This document shows, piece by piece, positions 34,165 through 44,139 of a stretch of DNA of 64,000 bases. This stretch comes from Bryobacterales bacterium. Its GTDB lineage: Bacteria > Acidobacteriota > Terriglobia > Bryobacterales > UBA6623. Below the pieces are notes generated by a model that was not told the origin of the DNA, searched no databases, and saw only the letters and a program-made list of their open reading frames with translations. The stretch spans positions 480,001 through 544,000 of the forward strand of contig OY729427.2 in the NCBI GenBank assembly GCA_963422375.2, given 5' to 3'. Positions within the stretch are counted from its first letter, which is position 1; every line of letters starts with the position of its first letter. Both the position numbers and the translations under genes were made by a program.

Positions 34165-35511
34165 CTACTGGCCTCCGGCTCGAGCGGCGAACGGCCACTC
34201 CCCCTGCCTGCGCGCGATCACGAGGTAGACGACAGTACCAAGCAGCAGAGTGCCGACGCCGAACAGGACGAACGACAGCCCGAGCGACACGAAGACATAA
34301 CTATACCCCGCCAGCGACACGATGGCGGGAAGCGGGTAGGCCCACATGCTGAAGGGTCTCTCGGCCGAGCCGCCACGGGCCCGGATCAGGAAGAGCGCGA
34401 CGGTATGGCCGATGAACTGGACCAAGATCCGCGCCGCCATCAGGGCCTTGATGACGCTGTCGAGACTGAAGAAGCTCGCGGCGGCGGCACCGGCACCGAT
34501 GAGCAGCAGGGAGCGGTGCGGGAATTCCCCGGTCGGGTGCAGGGCGGCCAGCTGGCGGAAGAAGACGCCGTCGCGAGCGGCGGCGTACGGCACCCTCGAG
34601 TAGCCCAGCAGCAGCGCGAAGATCGAGCCGAAGGCTGTAACCACGATCATGCCCGCGAGCAGCTTCCCGGCCCAAGGCCCGTACACGCGCTCGATAAACA
34701 GGGCGCCGAGGAATTGCGACTCCATGGCCTCCCGCCACGGCACGACGCCGATGAAGCTCAACGAGATCGCGATGTCGATCACCGCCACGCCGAGAATCGA
34801 ATAGAGCACCGCCCGCGGGATCACGCGCCCGGGGTCCTTGACCTCGGCTCCCAAGTAGCAGACTTGGTAGTAGCCGAGGAACAGGTAGAGCACCTCGGCA
34901 GAACCCTCCCCGAGGCTGCGCAGGAATCCCAGGTCCAAGCGGACCGCGTCGGGTGGCAGGTCGAAGGCGAGCGCGGGATCGAAGTGCAGGACGCCCGTGA
35001 CGATCACCCAGCCGGTGGTCAGCAGCATGACCGACCACAGGCAGAACATCAGCTTGGCAATGTCGTCGATGCGCCGGTACAGGGCGTAGACGAGCACCAC
35101 GCAGATGCCCGCGGCCAAGAACCTGCCTTGGATGTCTCCTAGGTCGGGTAGGAACACGCGCAGGTACTGGACGAGGCCGATGTTGCCGCTGGCGATCTCG
35201 AGGGGGCCGGCGAACAGAATCTGCCACACGAACAGGAAGGCGAGCAGACGGCCCCAGGTGCGCGATCCGAACCCCTTGCGCAGGAAGACGTAGGTGCCGC
35301 CCGCCGCCGGGGTCGCGGCGCCCAATTCGGCGACGACCAATCCGTCGGCAAGCGCAATCACGGTGCCAACCACCCAGGCGAGGTAGGCCTGCGGGCCGCC
35401 CAAGGTCTTGAGAATCAGGGCGATCGCGATGAATGGCCCGATCCCGACCATGTTGGACATGTTGATGGTCGTGGCATTGAGGAGCCCGAGCCGCCGCTGC
35501 ATGTTCGACAT
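34165..35511 (-). CDS. APC-family amino acid permease
   Basis: NMVGIGPF, GGTYVFL, AEVKDPGRVIPRA; about 12 hydrophobic segments. Confidence 0.9.
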   Translation of the reverse strand: MSNMQRRLGLLNATTINMSNMVGIGPFIAIALILKTLGGPQAYLAWVVGTVIALADGLVVAELGAATPAAGGTYVFLRKGFGSRTWGRLLAFLFVWQILFAGPLEIASGNIGLVQYLRVFLPDLGDIQGRFLAAGICVVLVYALYRRIDDIAKLMFCLWSVMLLTTGWVIVTGVLHFDPALAFDLPPDAVRLDLGFLRSLGEGSAEVLYLFLGYYQVCYLGAEVKDPGRVIPRAVLYSILGVAVIDIAISLSFIGVVPWREAMESQFLGALFIERVYGPWAGKLLAGMIVVTAFGSIFALLLGYSRVPYAAARDGVFFRQLAALHPTGEFPHRSLLLIGAGAAAASFFSLDSVIKALMAARILVQFIGHTVALFLIRARGGSAERPFSMWAYPLPAIVSLAGYSYVFVSLGLSFVLFGVGTLLLGTVVYLVIARRQGEWPFAARAGGQ

Positions 35512-35731
35512 TTGGCCGTCAGCAGGGTAGCACCGAACCTGTCGGCAGCCGGCCCGCCCCGTTCCGGCACCGCCGGCGCGGTGCCGGCGAGGCCAGTCTC
35601 CCCCGTGCCGGGGCTGTTGCTACGCTGAAGGGAGAGCGGTTGGCCGCGGCCTTCTCGCCGCTCGAGCGCGTGAGCAAGCTCGAGCCGCGGGGGCGCGAGC
35701 GATCTGCGCCGGATTCGTTCGCGGCTCGAGT

Positions 35732-35807
35732 GGGGCGATAGCTCAGCTGGCAGAGCAACGGCCTTTTAAGCCGTGGGTCCTGGGTTCGAGTCCCAGTCGC
35801 CTCACCA
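35732..35807 (+). tRNA. tRNA-Lys(TTT)
   Basis: GGGGCGATAGCTCAGCTGGCAGAGCA ACGGC-CTTTTAA-GCCGT ... GGTTCGAGTCC ... TCGCCTCACCA. Confidence 0.96.
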
Positions 35808-35935
35808 CTCCGGCCCGCGGGAGCGTTGAGGCCTGGCTCCCGGAGCCGCCGGCCCGAACTCGAGGCAGCAGCCCCCGCACGATGCATGCGCAGTCGCCGT
35901 GCATTCGCGGCCCCTCCCGCCGGGACCGGTCGAGA

Positions 35936-37390
35936 TCACTGGCCGGGACGATGCCACGTCGTGCCCGGAGGGAACGGGTACTCGATCTCGGCACGCACGG
36001 CTCGCCCGGGGCGGGCATCGGCTACCCGCTCCCCGTCGTCCAGCACGAGCACGCCGTTCACCAGCACGTGGCAGATGCCCTCCGGCCTCCGCGCGGGGTC
36101 GGAATACGTGCCCCGGTCGATCACGGTCCCCGGGTCGAACACGACAATGTCGGCGTCGGCCCCAGGCCGGATGCGCCCCTTGTTGCGCATCGCGGGTACG
36201 CGCCGCTCCAAGCGCCGCGCGGGCATGAGGGTCATCTTGCGGATCGCTTCGGGCAGCGTCAGCGCTCCCGTCTCCCGCACGAAGCGGCCGAGAACTCTCG
36301 AAAACGTCCCGAATGATCGCGGATGCGCGCGGCCGCCGCTGAGCCACATCCCATCGCTGGCGATCATTACCAAGGGGCTGGCGATCGCGTGCCGGACGCT
36401 CCGCTCGCTGTACAGGGGCGGCAGGACGATGGTCCCGCCCATGCGCCGACGCGCCGCGAACACCTCCCGGGAAAGCGTCTCGCCCGTCCGGACCCAGATG
36501 AATTGCGCGAGCTCCTCGTCGGTGTACCTCTCCCACTCGTTGAAGAGGTGGGACTGGATCAGCGTCGACCCGCGATTGTAAGGATACGCCTCCGTTGTGA
36601 TGTCGACCCCGGACGCCCGGGCCTTCTCGATCAAGGCGAGATAGTCGAGCAGGCGGTCCCGCGCGCTGCTGTTGAGATGCACGACGTGCGCCTGGGCACC
36701 CGTCTCGCGAGCCGCGTCGAGCACCTCCTCCAGATTCGCGAGTGTCTCGTGGTCGGTTCGCATATGCACGTGACAGCTCGCACCCCAGCGGGCCGCGATC
36801 CGAAACATCTCGACAACCTCCTCGCGGGTCGCCCCCGGCGTGTAGGCGAGACCGAAGCCGACGGCCACGGCCCCCTGCTCCAGGCCCCGCCGTATCCGCC
36901 TGCGCAGCAGGGCCATTTGACCCTCGGTCAGCTTGGCGGCGAGCGACTCGCCCGCCAGCCCGGGATTATGGCCCAGCATCGCCATCTGGCGGGAGTACGG
37001 GTGCGAAATGCTGGCGCCGTAGTTCACCAGCGCCTTGCCCTGACGGTCGCGGTACCAAGCGTCGATGTCCTCCACGCCGATCTCCAGCTCCAGCGCCGTG
37101 GTAATGCCATCCCGGACTTGGGCGTCGTAGTTGGCCAAGCTCTGCCCGTGCTGGTGCAGGTCGATGAATCCGGGCGCCACCACCAAGCCCGTGGCGTCGA
37201 CGACCCGCGCGGACTCGAGCGGCTCCTCGCTGACCGCGGCCACGCGACCGGCGATCACTCCGACGTTGCGCACCGCGTCCAGCCCCGATTCCGGGTCGAT
37301 CACTCGCCCGCCGAGGATGACGGTGTCGTAGCCGCCCTGCGCCGCCAGCGACCCAGCGCATGCGAAAGCCAATGCTGCGACTTGCCTCAC
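35936..37390 (-). CDS. Amidohydrolase (D-aminoacylase / D-glutamate deacylase-like), secreted
   Basis: APGFIDLHQH, IASDG, HPRSFGTF, GADADIVVFDP; GTG start 7 nt after CATAAT. Confidence 0.88.
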   Translation of the reverse strand: MRQVAALAFACAGSLAAQGGYDTVILGGRVIDPESGLDAVRNVGVIAGRVAAVSEEPLESARVVDATGLVVAPGFIDLHQHGQSLANYDAQVRDGITTALELEIGVEDIDAWYRDRQGKALVNYGASISHPYSRQMAMLGHNPGLAGESLAAKLTEGQMALLRRRIRRGLEQGAVAVGFGLAYTPGATREEVVEMFRIAARWGASCHVHMRTDHETLANLEEVLDAARETGAQAHVVHLNSSARDRLLDYLALIEKARASGVDITTEAYPYNRGSTLIQSHLFNEWERYTDEELAQFIWVRTGETLSREVFAARRRMGGTIVLPPLYSERSVRHAIASPLVMIASDGMWLSGGRAHPRSFGTFSRVLGRFVRETGALTLPEAIRKMTLMPARRLERRVPAMRNKGRIRPGADADIVVFDPGTVIDRGTYSDPARRPEGICHVLVNGVLVLDDGERVADARPGRAVRAEIEYPFPPGTTWHRPGQ

Positions 37391-37730
37391 GAGAGCGATT
37401 ATGGCACCCGGCACCCGCACGATCTGCCCGCGCGAGCGAAAGTTTGCGTCCCGGGAACAACGGACCTCCGGGCACCCTCGGATGCCGGCGGGAGACGGCG
37501 AGAGCTTCGTCCGCCGCGGATTCCGGGCGGCTCGATCACGGAGCCGAGGTCGACGCTAGGGCAGTTCCCGTGCTCGCCAAGGCGCCCAGTGAGTTACCCT
37601 AGCTTGCGAACAGTAGTGGCGGGTGCCTTCAGCGCACCAGTCGCGGTTCGCGGAAAGACATTCCGGGCGATGCAACCGGACGGGACTCCCGGCCGTCTAA
37701 CGCCCCGCCAAGGTGTCTCGGCAGGAGGTA

Positions 37731-40127
37731 ATGACCATGCGCACATTGCTGGGGATAGCCGCCCTGATTGGCGGAGCGATTCTGTTCGCGCCGTCGGCCA
37801 CCGCCGAGGTCGACGCAGGCCCTGCCTTGGGGGTGGCGCGGATGAGTGTGGCGAACGGCGACATCTCGGTCATGCGGAGCGATTCCGGCGACTGGATCGC
37901 GGCCACGGTCAACATGCCCGTCGTCGAGGGCGACATGGTGCGTGCGACCGGCGGGTCGCATGCCGAGCTGCAGCTGGACGACGGCAACTTCGTGAGGATC
38001 ACGACGGACACCGAGGTCCATCTGGCCGATCTGGCGAGCAATCGGTTTCGCGTCGGCGTGCTGCAAGGGACAGCCCTGTACAGCGAACTGCCGCGTAGCG
38101 AGGCCGACGTGGACATCGAAACACCGTACGCGGTGGTGCGCCCAATGAAGGACGGACGGTACCGGGTCTCGGTGGCCCCGGGCAAGACGGTCATCGGCGT
38201 GGCGCGCGGACGGGCGGAGGTGGCGTTCCAATCCGCCTCGCACGTGCTCGAGAGTGGCAGGAAGATGATCGTGACGAGGGGCCCGGCGGGACTTGTCTTC
38301 GAGACCAAGCGCTACGGGCCGAAGGACGAACTTGACCAGTGGGCCACCAACCGGGACGAGGAACTCCGGCGAGCGCGGTCCTACAAGCACGTCAGCGGGA
38401 CGATCTCGGGGGCCGCCGAGCTGGATCATTACGGCGAGTGGCGCACCGTGGCCGGGACAGGCTTCACCTGGTTCCCCTACGTGACGGCTTCCTGGTCGCC
38501 CTACCGCCACGGGCGCTGGCTGTGGGTGAGCCATTTCGGCTGGACTTGGGTCGGGTCGGAGCCGTGGGGATGGGCACCCTACCACTGGGGGCGGTGGTAC
38601 CGGCACAGCGTCTACGGATGGGGCTGGATGCCGGGATCCCCCGCCACCCGCCATGTCTGGCGGCCTGCGCTGGTTGCGTTTTTCGGCCTAGGCCGATCCC
38701 ACGGTTCGCCTCCCGCCCCAGGCAGCTTCTCGGGCGTCGCTTGGTGTCCGCTGGCTCCGGGAGAGAGGTACGTGCCGTGGTACGGGCGCCATCACCCCGG
38801 GCAGAGGCCGGAGCGGATCATCGCGGACCGCAGCGTGCGCATCTACAACTCCTACAGCAACGCACGGCAGTCTGCCGGCGGAATCTCGTACGTCGCATCC
38901 AACACACTCGAGCGCGGTGCGCACCACACGCCGCGCGCGCTGCGCACGGCCGGCGCCGGCACGCCGGTGGCTATCCGCGGGCCACTGCCGATCGTGCCGA
39001 ACCGGGCGAGCCAAGGCCGGCTCGTGCAGGTCCCTGCCGGCGCCCGCAGCCGGGCGAAGCTGACCACGCTGCGCCGGGGAGCGGCCTCCGCATTGAGAGA
39101 CGGCACCTCGCGGGCGCCCTTTGACGCCCAGCGAGATCGGATTCAGGCTTCGGTTAGCGAATTCCGCAATTCGTACAGGCCCGGCGCCGCGAACCTCGAC
39201 TCGAACAGCACGGTTCGCGCACGTACCGGGCCGGCCGCGGGCAGCCCGGCGGGAACCACCCGGCCCGCGGCGGGCGCGACGGCGGCGCGGGGGGTCTCGC
39301 GGCAGGCGCGCGTAGCGGCATTCGCCGGCGCTACCGCCGGGGCCCCAAGAACTCCGGGGGCCCGGGTGGCATCGACGACCTCCCCGTACGCCGCGAGGAC
39401 ATCCTCGCGGGTCGGCGCGACCGGGGCGAGGACGGCGACAGGCGCGGCGCCCGCGCGACGGCCTCAAGCTGGCACGCGAACGTCGCTCGGGTCAAGCACG
39501 GGCGTCAGATCCTCGGGCGCGATGGTCGGGACGCGAGGCAGCGCAGCCAGATACAGGACCGGCGCGCGCGCCGGGTACGGGAGCACACGCACGAGGTCGG
39601 TGACGAGAAGCAGCCGCACGGCAGCCGGCGCGCGCGGCGGTGTCGCCCGCACCTCCGCGGCCGTCTACGGCCCGAGGCGGAGTGCGCCAGCCAGCACGCC
39701 GTCCAGGAGCGGTTCCTACGGAGGCTACGCGGGCGGCCGGACTTCCTACCCCAGCTCATCGTACGGCAGGTCATCCGCGTACGGCGGATCGTCTTACGGA
39801 AGCTCCTCGAGCGCGAGGTCCGCTTCAAGCGCCAGATCCTCCGCCCGCAGCACCGGATCGTCTTCCAGCGCTCGGGCGTACGGCAGCCGCAGCAACGGAG
39901 GGTCTTCGGCTAGATCCGCCGCAAGCAGCCGCGGCGGATCTTCCGCGTCCGGTAGGAGCAGCTACGGCTCACGCTCCGCGGCAGGCTCACGGGGGTCCTA
40001 CGGCGGCAGCCCCTCGCCCGCCAGCCCGGGCGGGTCCTACGGCGGCAGCTCCGCAGGCAGCGGCGCCGGCGGAACGTACGGCGGCAGCAGCTCGTCGTCC
40101 GCGGGCCCGTACGGCCCGGGTCGGTAG
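37731..40127 (+). CDS. Secreted FecR/DUF6600-type protein with long low-complexity tail
   Basis: Signal peptide, FecR-like beta region, Trp-rich WSPYRHGRW...EPWGWAPYHWGRW, VAWCPLAPGE; Ser/Gly/Arg-rich C-terminus; AGGAGG RBS. Confidence 0.8.
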   Translation: MTMRTLLGIAALIGGAILFAPSATAEVDAGPALGVARMSVANGDISVMRSDSGDWIAATVNMPVVEGDMVRATGGSHAELQLDDGNFVRITTDTEVHLADLASNRFRVGVLQGTALYSELPRSEADVDIETPYAVVRPMKDGRYRVSVAPGKTVIGVARGRAEVAFQSASHVLESGRKMIVTRGPAGLVFETKRYGPKDELDQWATNRDEELRRARSYKHVSGTISGAAELDHYGEWRTVAGTGFTWFPYVTASWSPYRHGRWLWVSHFGWTWVGSEPWGWAPYHWGRWYRHSVYGWGWMPGSPATRHVWRPALVAFFGLGRSHGSPPAPGSFSGVAWCPLAPGERYVPWYGRHHPGQRPERIIADRSVRIYNSYSNARQSAGGISYVASNTLERGAHHTPRALRTAGAGTPVAIRGPLPIVPNRASQGRLVQVPAGARSRAKLTTLRRGAASALRDGTSRAPFDAQRDRIQASVSEFRNSYRPGAANLDSNSTVRARTGPAAGSPAGTTRPAAGATAARGVSRQARVAAFAGATAGAPRTPGARVASTTSPYAARTSSRVGATGARTATGAAPARRPQAGTRTSLGSSTGVRSSGAMVGTRGSAARYRTGARAGYGSTRTRSVTRSSRTAAGARGGVARTSAAVYGPRRSAPASTPSRSGSYGGYAGGRTSYPSSSYGRSSAYGGSSYGSSSSARSASSARSSARSTGSSSSARAYGSRSNGGSSARSAASSRGGSSASGRSSYGSRSAAGSRGSYGGSPSPASPGGSYGGSSAGSGAGGTYGGSSSSSAGPYGPGR

Positions 40128-40230
40128 CGCGGAATCCGACCAGGACCAGATCAAGCGTCTCTGCAGGTACGGCCGCGAGAGCAGCAACCCAGTCTCTCTC
40201 GATTTCTCCGGGGGACGGACAGGCGGCGCC

Positions 40231-41178
40231 ATGCCCACTCCGAAGACGGTTCTCATCGACACGGATCCCGGCTTGGACGACGCCCTGGCACTGGCGCTGG
40301 CCTTCGGTTCGGGGGAATTGAGCGTCCGAGCGGTCACTGTCGTCGCCGGCAACGTCCCGCTTGCGGCCTGCACCGCGAACGCCCTGCGCATCCTCCGGGT
40401 GCTGCGCCCCGATTCGCCCCCTCCCGTCTTCGAAGGCTGCCGCGACCCGCTGAGCCCACGGGTTGCGCGCGCCGAACACGTGCATGGCGGAGACGGCCTA
40501 GGCGGGCTTTCGCGGGAGTATTCCGTCGGCGACCTGCGCCCCGGCAACCTCCACGCAGCCGATGCGATGGCGGCCATGGCGCGACGGCACGGCGACGCCC
40601 TCACGGTGATAGCGCTGGGCCCGCTCACCAACGTGGCGGCGGCGGTCGAGCGCGACGCGGCAGCCATGCGCGGCATTCGTGAACTGATCGTGATGGGAGG
40701 CTCGCGAGACCGCCGGGGCAACGCAACTTCCGCGGCGGAGTTCAACTTCTACTCCGATCCCCTTGCAGCCAGCCGAGTGCTCCGATCCGGCCTCCCGGTG
40801 ACTCTCGTCGGTCTGAACGTCACGCGGCGCGCGCTGCTCCCCAGGGCGCAGTTCGAGGCGCGCTGCGACGCGATGAACCCCGGGCCCCTGCGCTCCTTCC
40901 TGTCCGACGTGGCGGCGCCGTTCTTCGGCATTCACCGCAGCCGGTCGGGGCGCGACGCGTGTTCCCTGCACGATCCCCTGGCAGTCGCGGCGGCCATCGA
41001 CCCGGACATCGTCGGGACGGAGGATCTCGACTGCGACGTCGTCACTGAGCAGGGCCTGACCCGCGGTATGATGATCTGCCGGCCCCCGGTCGCGAGCAGG
41101 TCGCCGGTTCGCGTGGCAGTCAGCGTGGATGCCCAGCGCTTCCTGGAGACGTTTCTCGGCATGGCTTGCGACGCATGA
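40231..41178 (+). CDS. Inosine/uridine-preferring nucleoside hydrolase
   Basis: IDTDPGLDDA, HGGDGLG, LGPLTNVA, AEFNFYSDP, LHDPLA. Confidence 0.93.
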   Translation: MPTPKTVLIDTDPGLDDALALALAFGSGELSVRAVTVVAGNVPLAACTANALRILRVLRPDSPPPVFEGCRDPLSPRVARAEHVHGGDGLGGLSREYSVGDLRPGNLHAADAMAAMARRHGDALTVIALGPLTNVAAAVERDAAAMRGIRELIVMGGSRDRRGNATSAAEFNFYSDPLAASRVLRSGLPVTLVGLNVTRRALLPRAQFEARCDAMNPGPLRSFLSDVAAPFFGIHRSRSGRDACSLHDPLAVAAAIDPDIVGTEDLDCDVVTEQGLTRGMMICRPPVASRSPVRVAVSVDAQRFLETFLGMACDA

Positions 41179-41234
41179 ATCCTTGGGCCGACCAGCCCCT
41201 GGGCTCTCTCGAGCAAGCGAGCCGCCAGCGGTGG

Positions 41235-42155
41235 CTAGCCTTCCAGGCAGCCCACCAACTCCCGCTGGGGCCGAGTGTCGTTGAACAATTCCTGCGCCAA
41301 GGCACCGAAGTCCGTCACGCGGTCCACGCGCTGGGAGCCGATCGAGTCCAGCAGGTCGGCCCCGTCGGGGTGGCTGTCCAAGCCGCCCGAGCGTATCAGG
41401 GCCTCGGTGGAATCGAGGTCGCTGATCGCTCCCAGCGACTCTTGGACGGCCTTGAGCGTCCGAATTGACCGCCGAAGCCCTCCGGCGTAGAGATCGCGAA
41501 ACAATTCCAAGTAGTAGCGAAGGCGCTTGCCATCCAAGCGCAGTGCGTGCAGCCGCTCGGGCGCGGGCTCGCCCGAGGAGACCGCCCGCCCGAGTTCGAA
41601 GTACTCGGCAGCCAGCCCGGGAAGGACGCGTCTGGCGTTGGCCAGCGACGACGCTGTCAGATCCCATCTGGGGTGCCGCACGACGGCACCATTGCGACGC
41701 GACGGTCTCGCGACCGCGGGCGGCCCAGCACCCATCCTGCCCAGCCGCCCAACCCAGCGCTCTTCGAAGCCATGATACCGACCTTGATCGAGACGCTCGC
41801 TGAGGTCGCGGGCAGCGGCGTCTCGCTCCTGTCGAACGGCCAAGAGAACCGCGGAATCGCAAGGTAGGCACGCGTACGCGGCGAACTCCAGCGCGATGTC
41901 CCGGTCCCTGACGGACTGTCCGGCGGACAGCACAATCTTCATCCGCTTCCGCAAGCGCCGCAGCTCGGGCCCATCCAGCATCTGCCGGAAGCAGTCGAGG
42001 GCGTACAGCAATCGACGCGCGGCGACCCGGAGGTGGTGCACGGCGTCGGGCCCTTGGTCTTGCCGAGCCCGCTCCAGGGCCCGGTCAACTGCGGCGATCC
42101 GCCCTGCCGTCATTCGCATGGCGTGCGCGTTCAAGCTGGCCTCGGGATCAGTCAT
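41235..42155 (-). CDS. CHAD domain protein (two repeats; polyphosphate-binding family)
   Basis: VHHLRVAARRL, LHALRLDGKRLRYYLE, QESLGAISD. Confidence 0.85.
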   Translation of the reverse strand: MTDPEASLNAHAMRMTAGRIAAVDRALERARQDQGPDAVHHLRVAARRLLYALDCFRQMLDGPELRRLRKRMKIVLSAGQSVRDRDIALEFAAYACLPCDSAVLLAVRQERDAAARDLSERLDQGRYHGFEERWVGRLGRMGAGPPAVARPSRRNGAVVRHPRWDLTASSLANARRVLPGLAAEYFELGRAVSSGEPAPERLHALRLDGKRLRYYLELFRDLYAGGLRRSIRTLKAVQESLGAISDLDSTEALIRSGGLDSHPDGADLLDSIGSQRVDRVTDFGALAQELFNDTRPQRELVGCLEG

Positions 42156-42244
42156 GGTCTCTCTGCCGCCGGAAAGGACAGGCCGACGCACGGGAGGCCG
42201 GGCGTGGGCCTGAGCCAGGCTCCCGCTCAACGGCCGTCCGCAGG

Positions 42245-42484
42245 CTATGTCGAGACACCGACGATGCCTGCTAGTTCCGGGATGGTCGGATTCCCGTAAT
42301 AGATCCCGTCGATTTCGAAAGTGGGAACGCGGCGCTTGCCGGCGTTCTTCTCGACAACCAACCGCTCGGCGGCCTCATCCTGCTCGATATCGATCTCACT
42401 GAAGCCGATACCGTTCTCCCGAAGGAAGCGCTTCGCTCGCCAGCAGTCGGAGCACCAATGGGTAGTGTAGACCTGAATGCTCAT
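42245..42484 (-). CDS. Glutaredoxin/mycoredoxin-like protein
   Basis: YTTHWCSDCWRAK, GKRRVPT, GNP. Confidence 0.88.
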   Translation of the reverse strand: MSIQVYTTHWCSDCWRAKRFLRENGIGFSEIDIEQDEAAERLVVEKNAGKRRVPTFEIDGIYYGNPTIPELAGIVGVST

Positions 42485-42659
42485 AGCAACTTGCATCGTA
42501 TCACACGCCAAGCCTCGACTCGCGTCGTGCAGTGCCCGCAGGTGTCCGCGCTGAATTGCTGTCCAATCACTGGCGTCGCGAACCACCAACCGTGTCTAGG
42601 CCGTCCACACAGAACTTGCACGGGAATCGATCCCCTGGCTTTCGCTTGACGCTTTCATT

Positions 42660-44139
42660 GGGAATTATATATCTGAGTGCCGAGGCAACCGATTTTGCAA
42701 ATTATCAGTCCATAAATTAATTTCATATTTCTTCCGGAGATCTGTTGATATTTGGTGGAGTGTTTTGATAGAATATTTCCAATATATGAGGTCGTCTATG
42801 AAGCAGAAAAGTCCCGGTAAATGGTTTCGTGAAGGCCTCACTCTGATTGACGTGATCGCCATGTTCCGCGATGACGAATCCGCGGAAAAGTGGTCGCCTC
42901 CATGCGCTGGCCCGACGGTCCGGTATGCCCCCACTGCCGCGGCTGCGGCAAGCGCTTTTCCGTGCGCACCGGCAGCGTGACGGCCGACACCGAGCTCGGC
43001 TACCGCACCCGGGCCGTCGCCCTGTTCCTGCTGACCACCGGCATCAAGGGCGTCTCGAGCATGAAGCTGCACCGCGACCCGGGCGTCAGCCGGAAGTCGC
43101 CCTGGCACCTGGCGCACCGCATCCGCGCGTGCCGGGAGCGGGATCGGGGCCTGTTCGCCGGCCCGGTGGAGGTCGACGAGACCTGCGTCGGCGGCAAGGA
43201 GCGCAACCAGCACGAGAGCAAGAAGGCCCGCGCCGGGCGCGGGCCCGTCGGCAAGACGCCCGTAGCGGGGGCGCGGGACCGCGCCACGAACGCAGCGGCC
43301 GCGCGGCCGCTGCCGGGCACCGCCAAGGGCGACCTGCAGGGCTTCGTGCGCGGCCGGGTCGCGCCGGGGGCGCAGGTCCGCTCCGACGAGGCGGCGGCCT
43401 GCGCCGGCATGGAGCAGTTCCCGCACGAAGCCGTCAAGCACTCCGGCGGCGAGTACGTGCGCGGGGCGGCGCATACGCGCATACGAACGGCATCGAGTCG
43501 TTTTGGTCCCTGTTCAAGCGCGGCCTGTACGGAACCTATCACCGGATGAGCGTCCGTCATCCGGGTCGCTACCTCACGCAGTTCGCGGGACGGTGCAACG
43601 ACCGCGACTGCGACACGGCGGAACAACGGCGGAACAGATGCGGCGCATGGCGCGGGGCCTGGTCGGCCGGACGCTGACCTACCGGCAGCTGACCGGCAAG
43701 GCCGCAGTCGCGGCCCGAGCGGCGCCCTCCGCGCTGAGCGCCGCAGCCCGCTGCCGACGCACTCTTCACGCTCGATGCGCTTCACGCTCGGTGCGAGGGG
43801 CGCGCCGGATCTGGAATCCCCCGGCGCGACCCGAGTCCGGCCCGGACCGTCCATGCAGGCCGTCGAGCGCCGGGGATCCGCTGTCTTCGGCCCTCGCAGG
43901 GCACGCAATCGACTTGCAAGGGGTGCCCTCCACCGCAAACCGGATTCCACCGGGGCATGCGAGGGGGACTCTCTAATCCGTGCCTCGTCAATTCCGCCGG
44001 CAGGTTCGATTCAGATACGATCCCACCTTTCCGTGCCTGCCGCGGCCGCATTCGAATGACCCGAGCCAGACGCCGACCTCCCTGCTCACAGCAGTTCTCG
44101 TCGGACATGGCGTTGTCGGCACTCAGATATATAATTCCC
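42660..44139 (+). mobile_element. IS1595-family insertion sequence, copy 3 (transposase pseudogene)
   Basis: Same 24-bp IRs; frameshift at ~42893, Zn-ribbon deletion, 8-bp and 11-bp tandem duplications; flanks CTTTCATT / TTAAGAAG are not duplicated. Confidence 0.93.
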
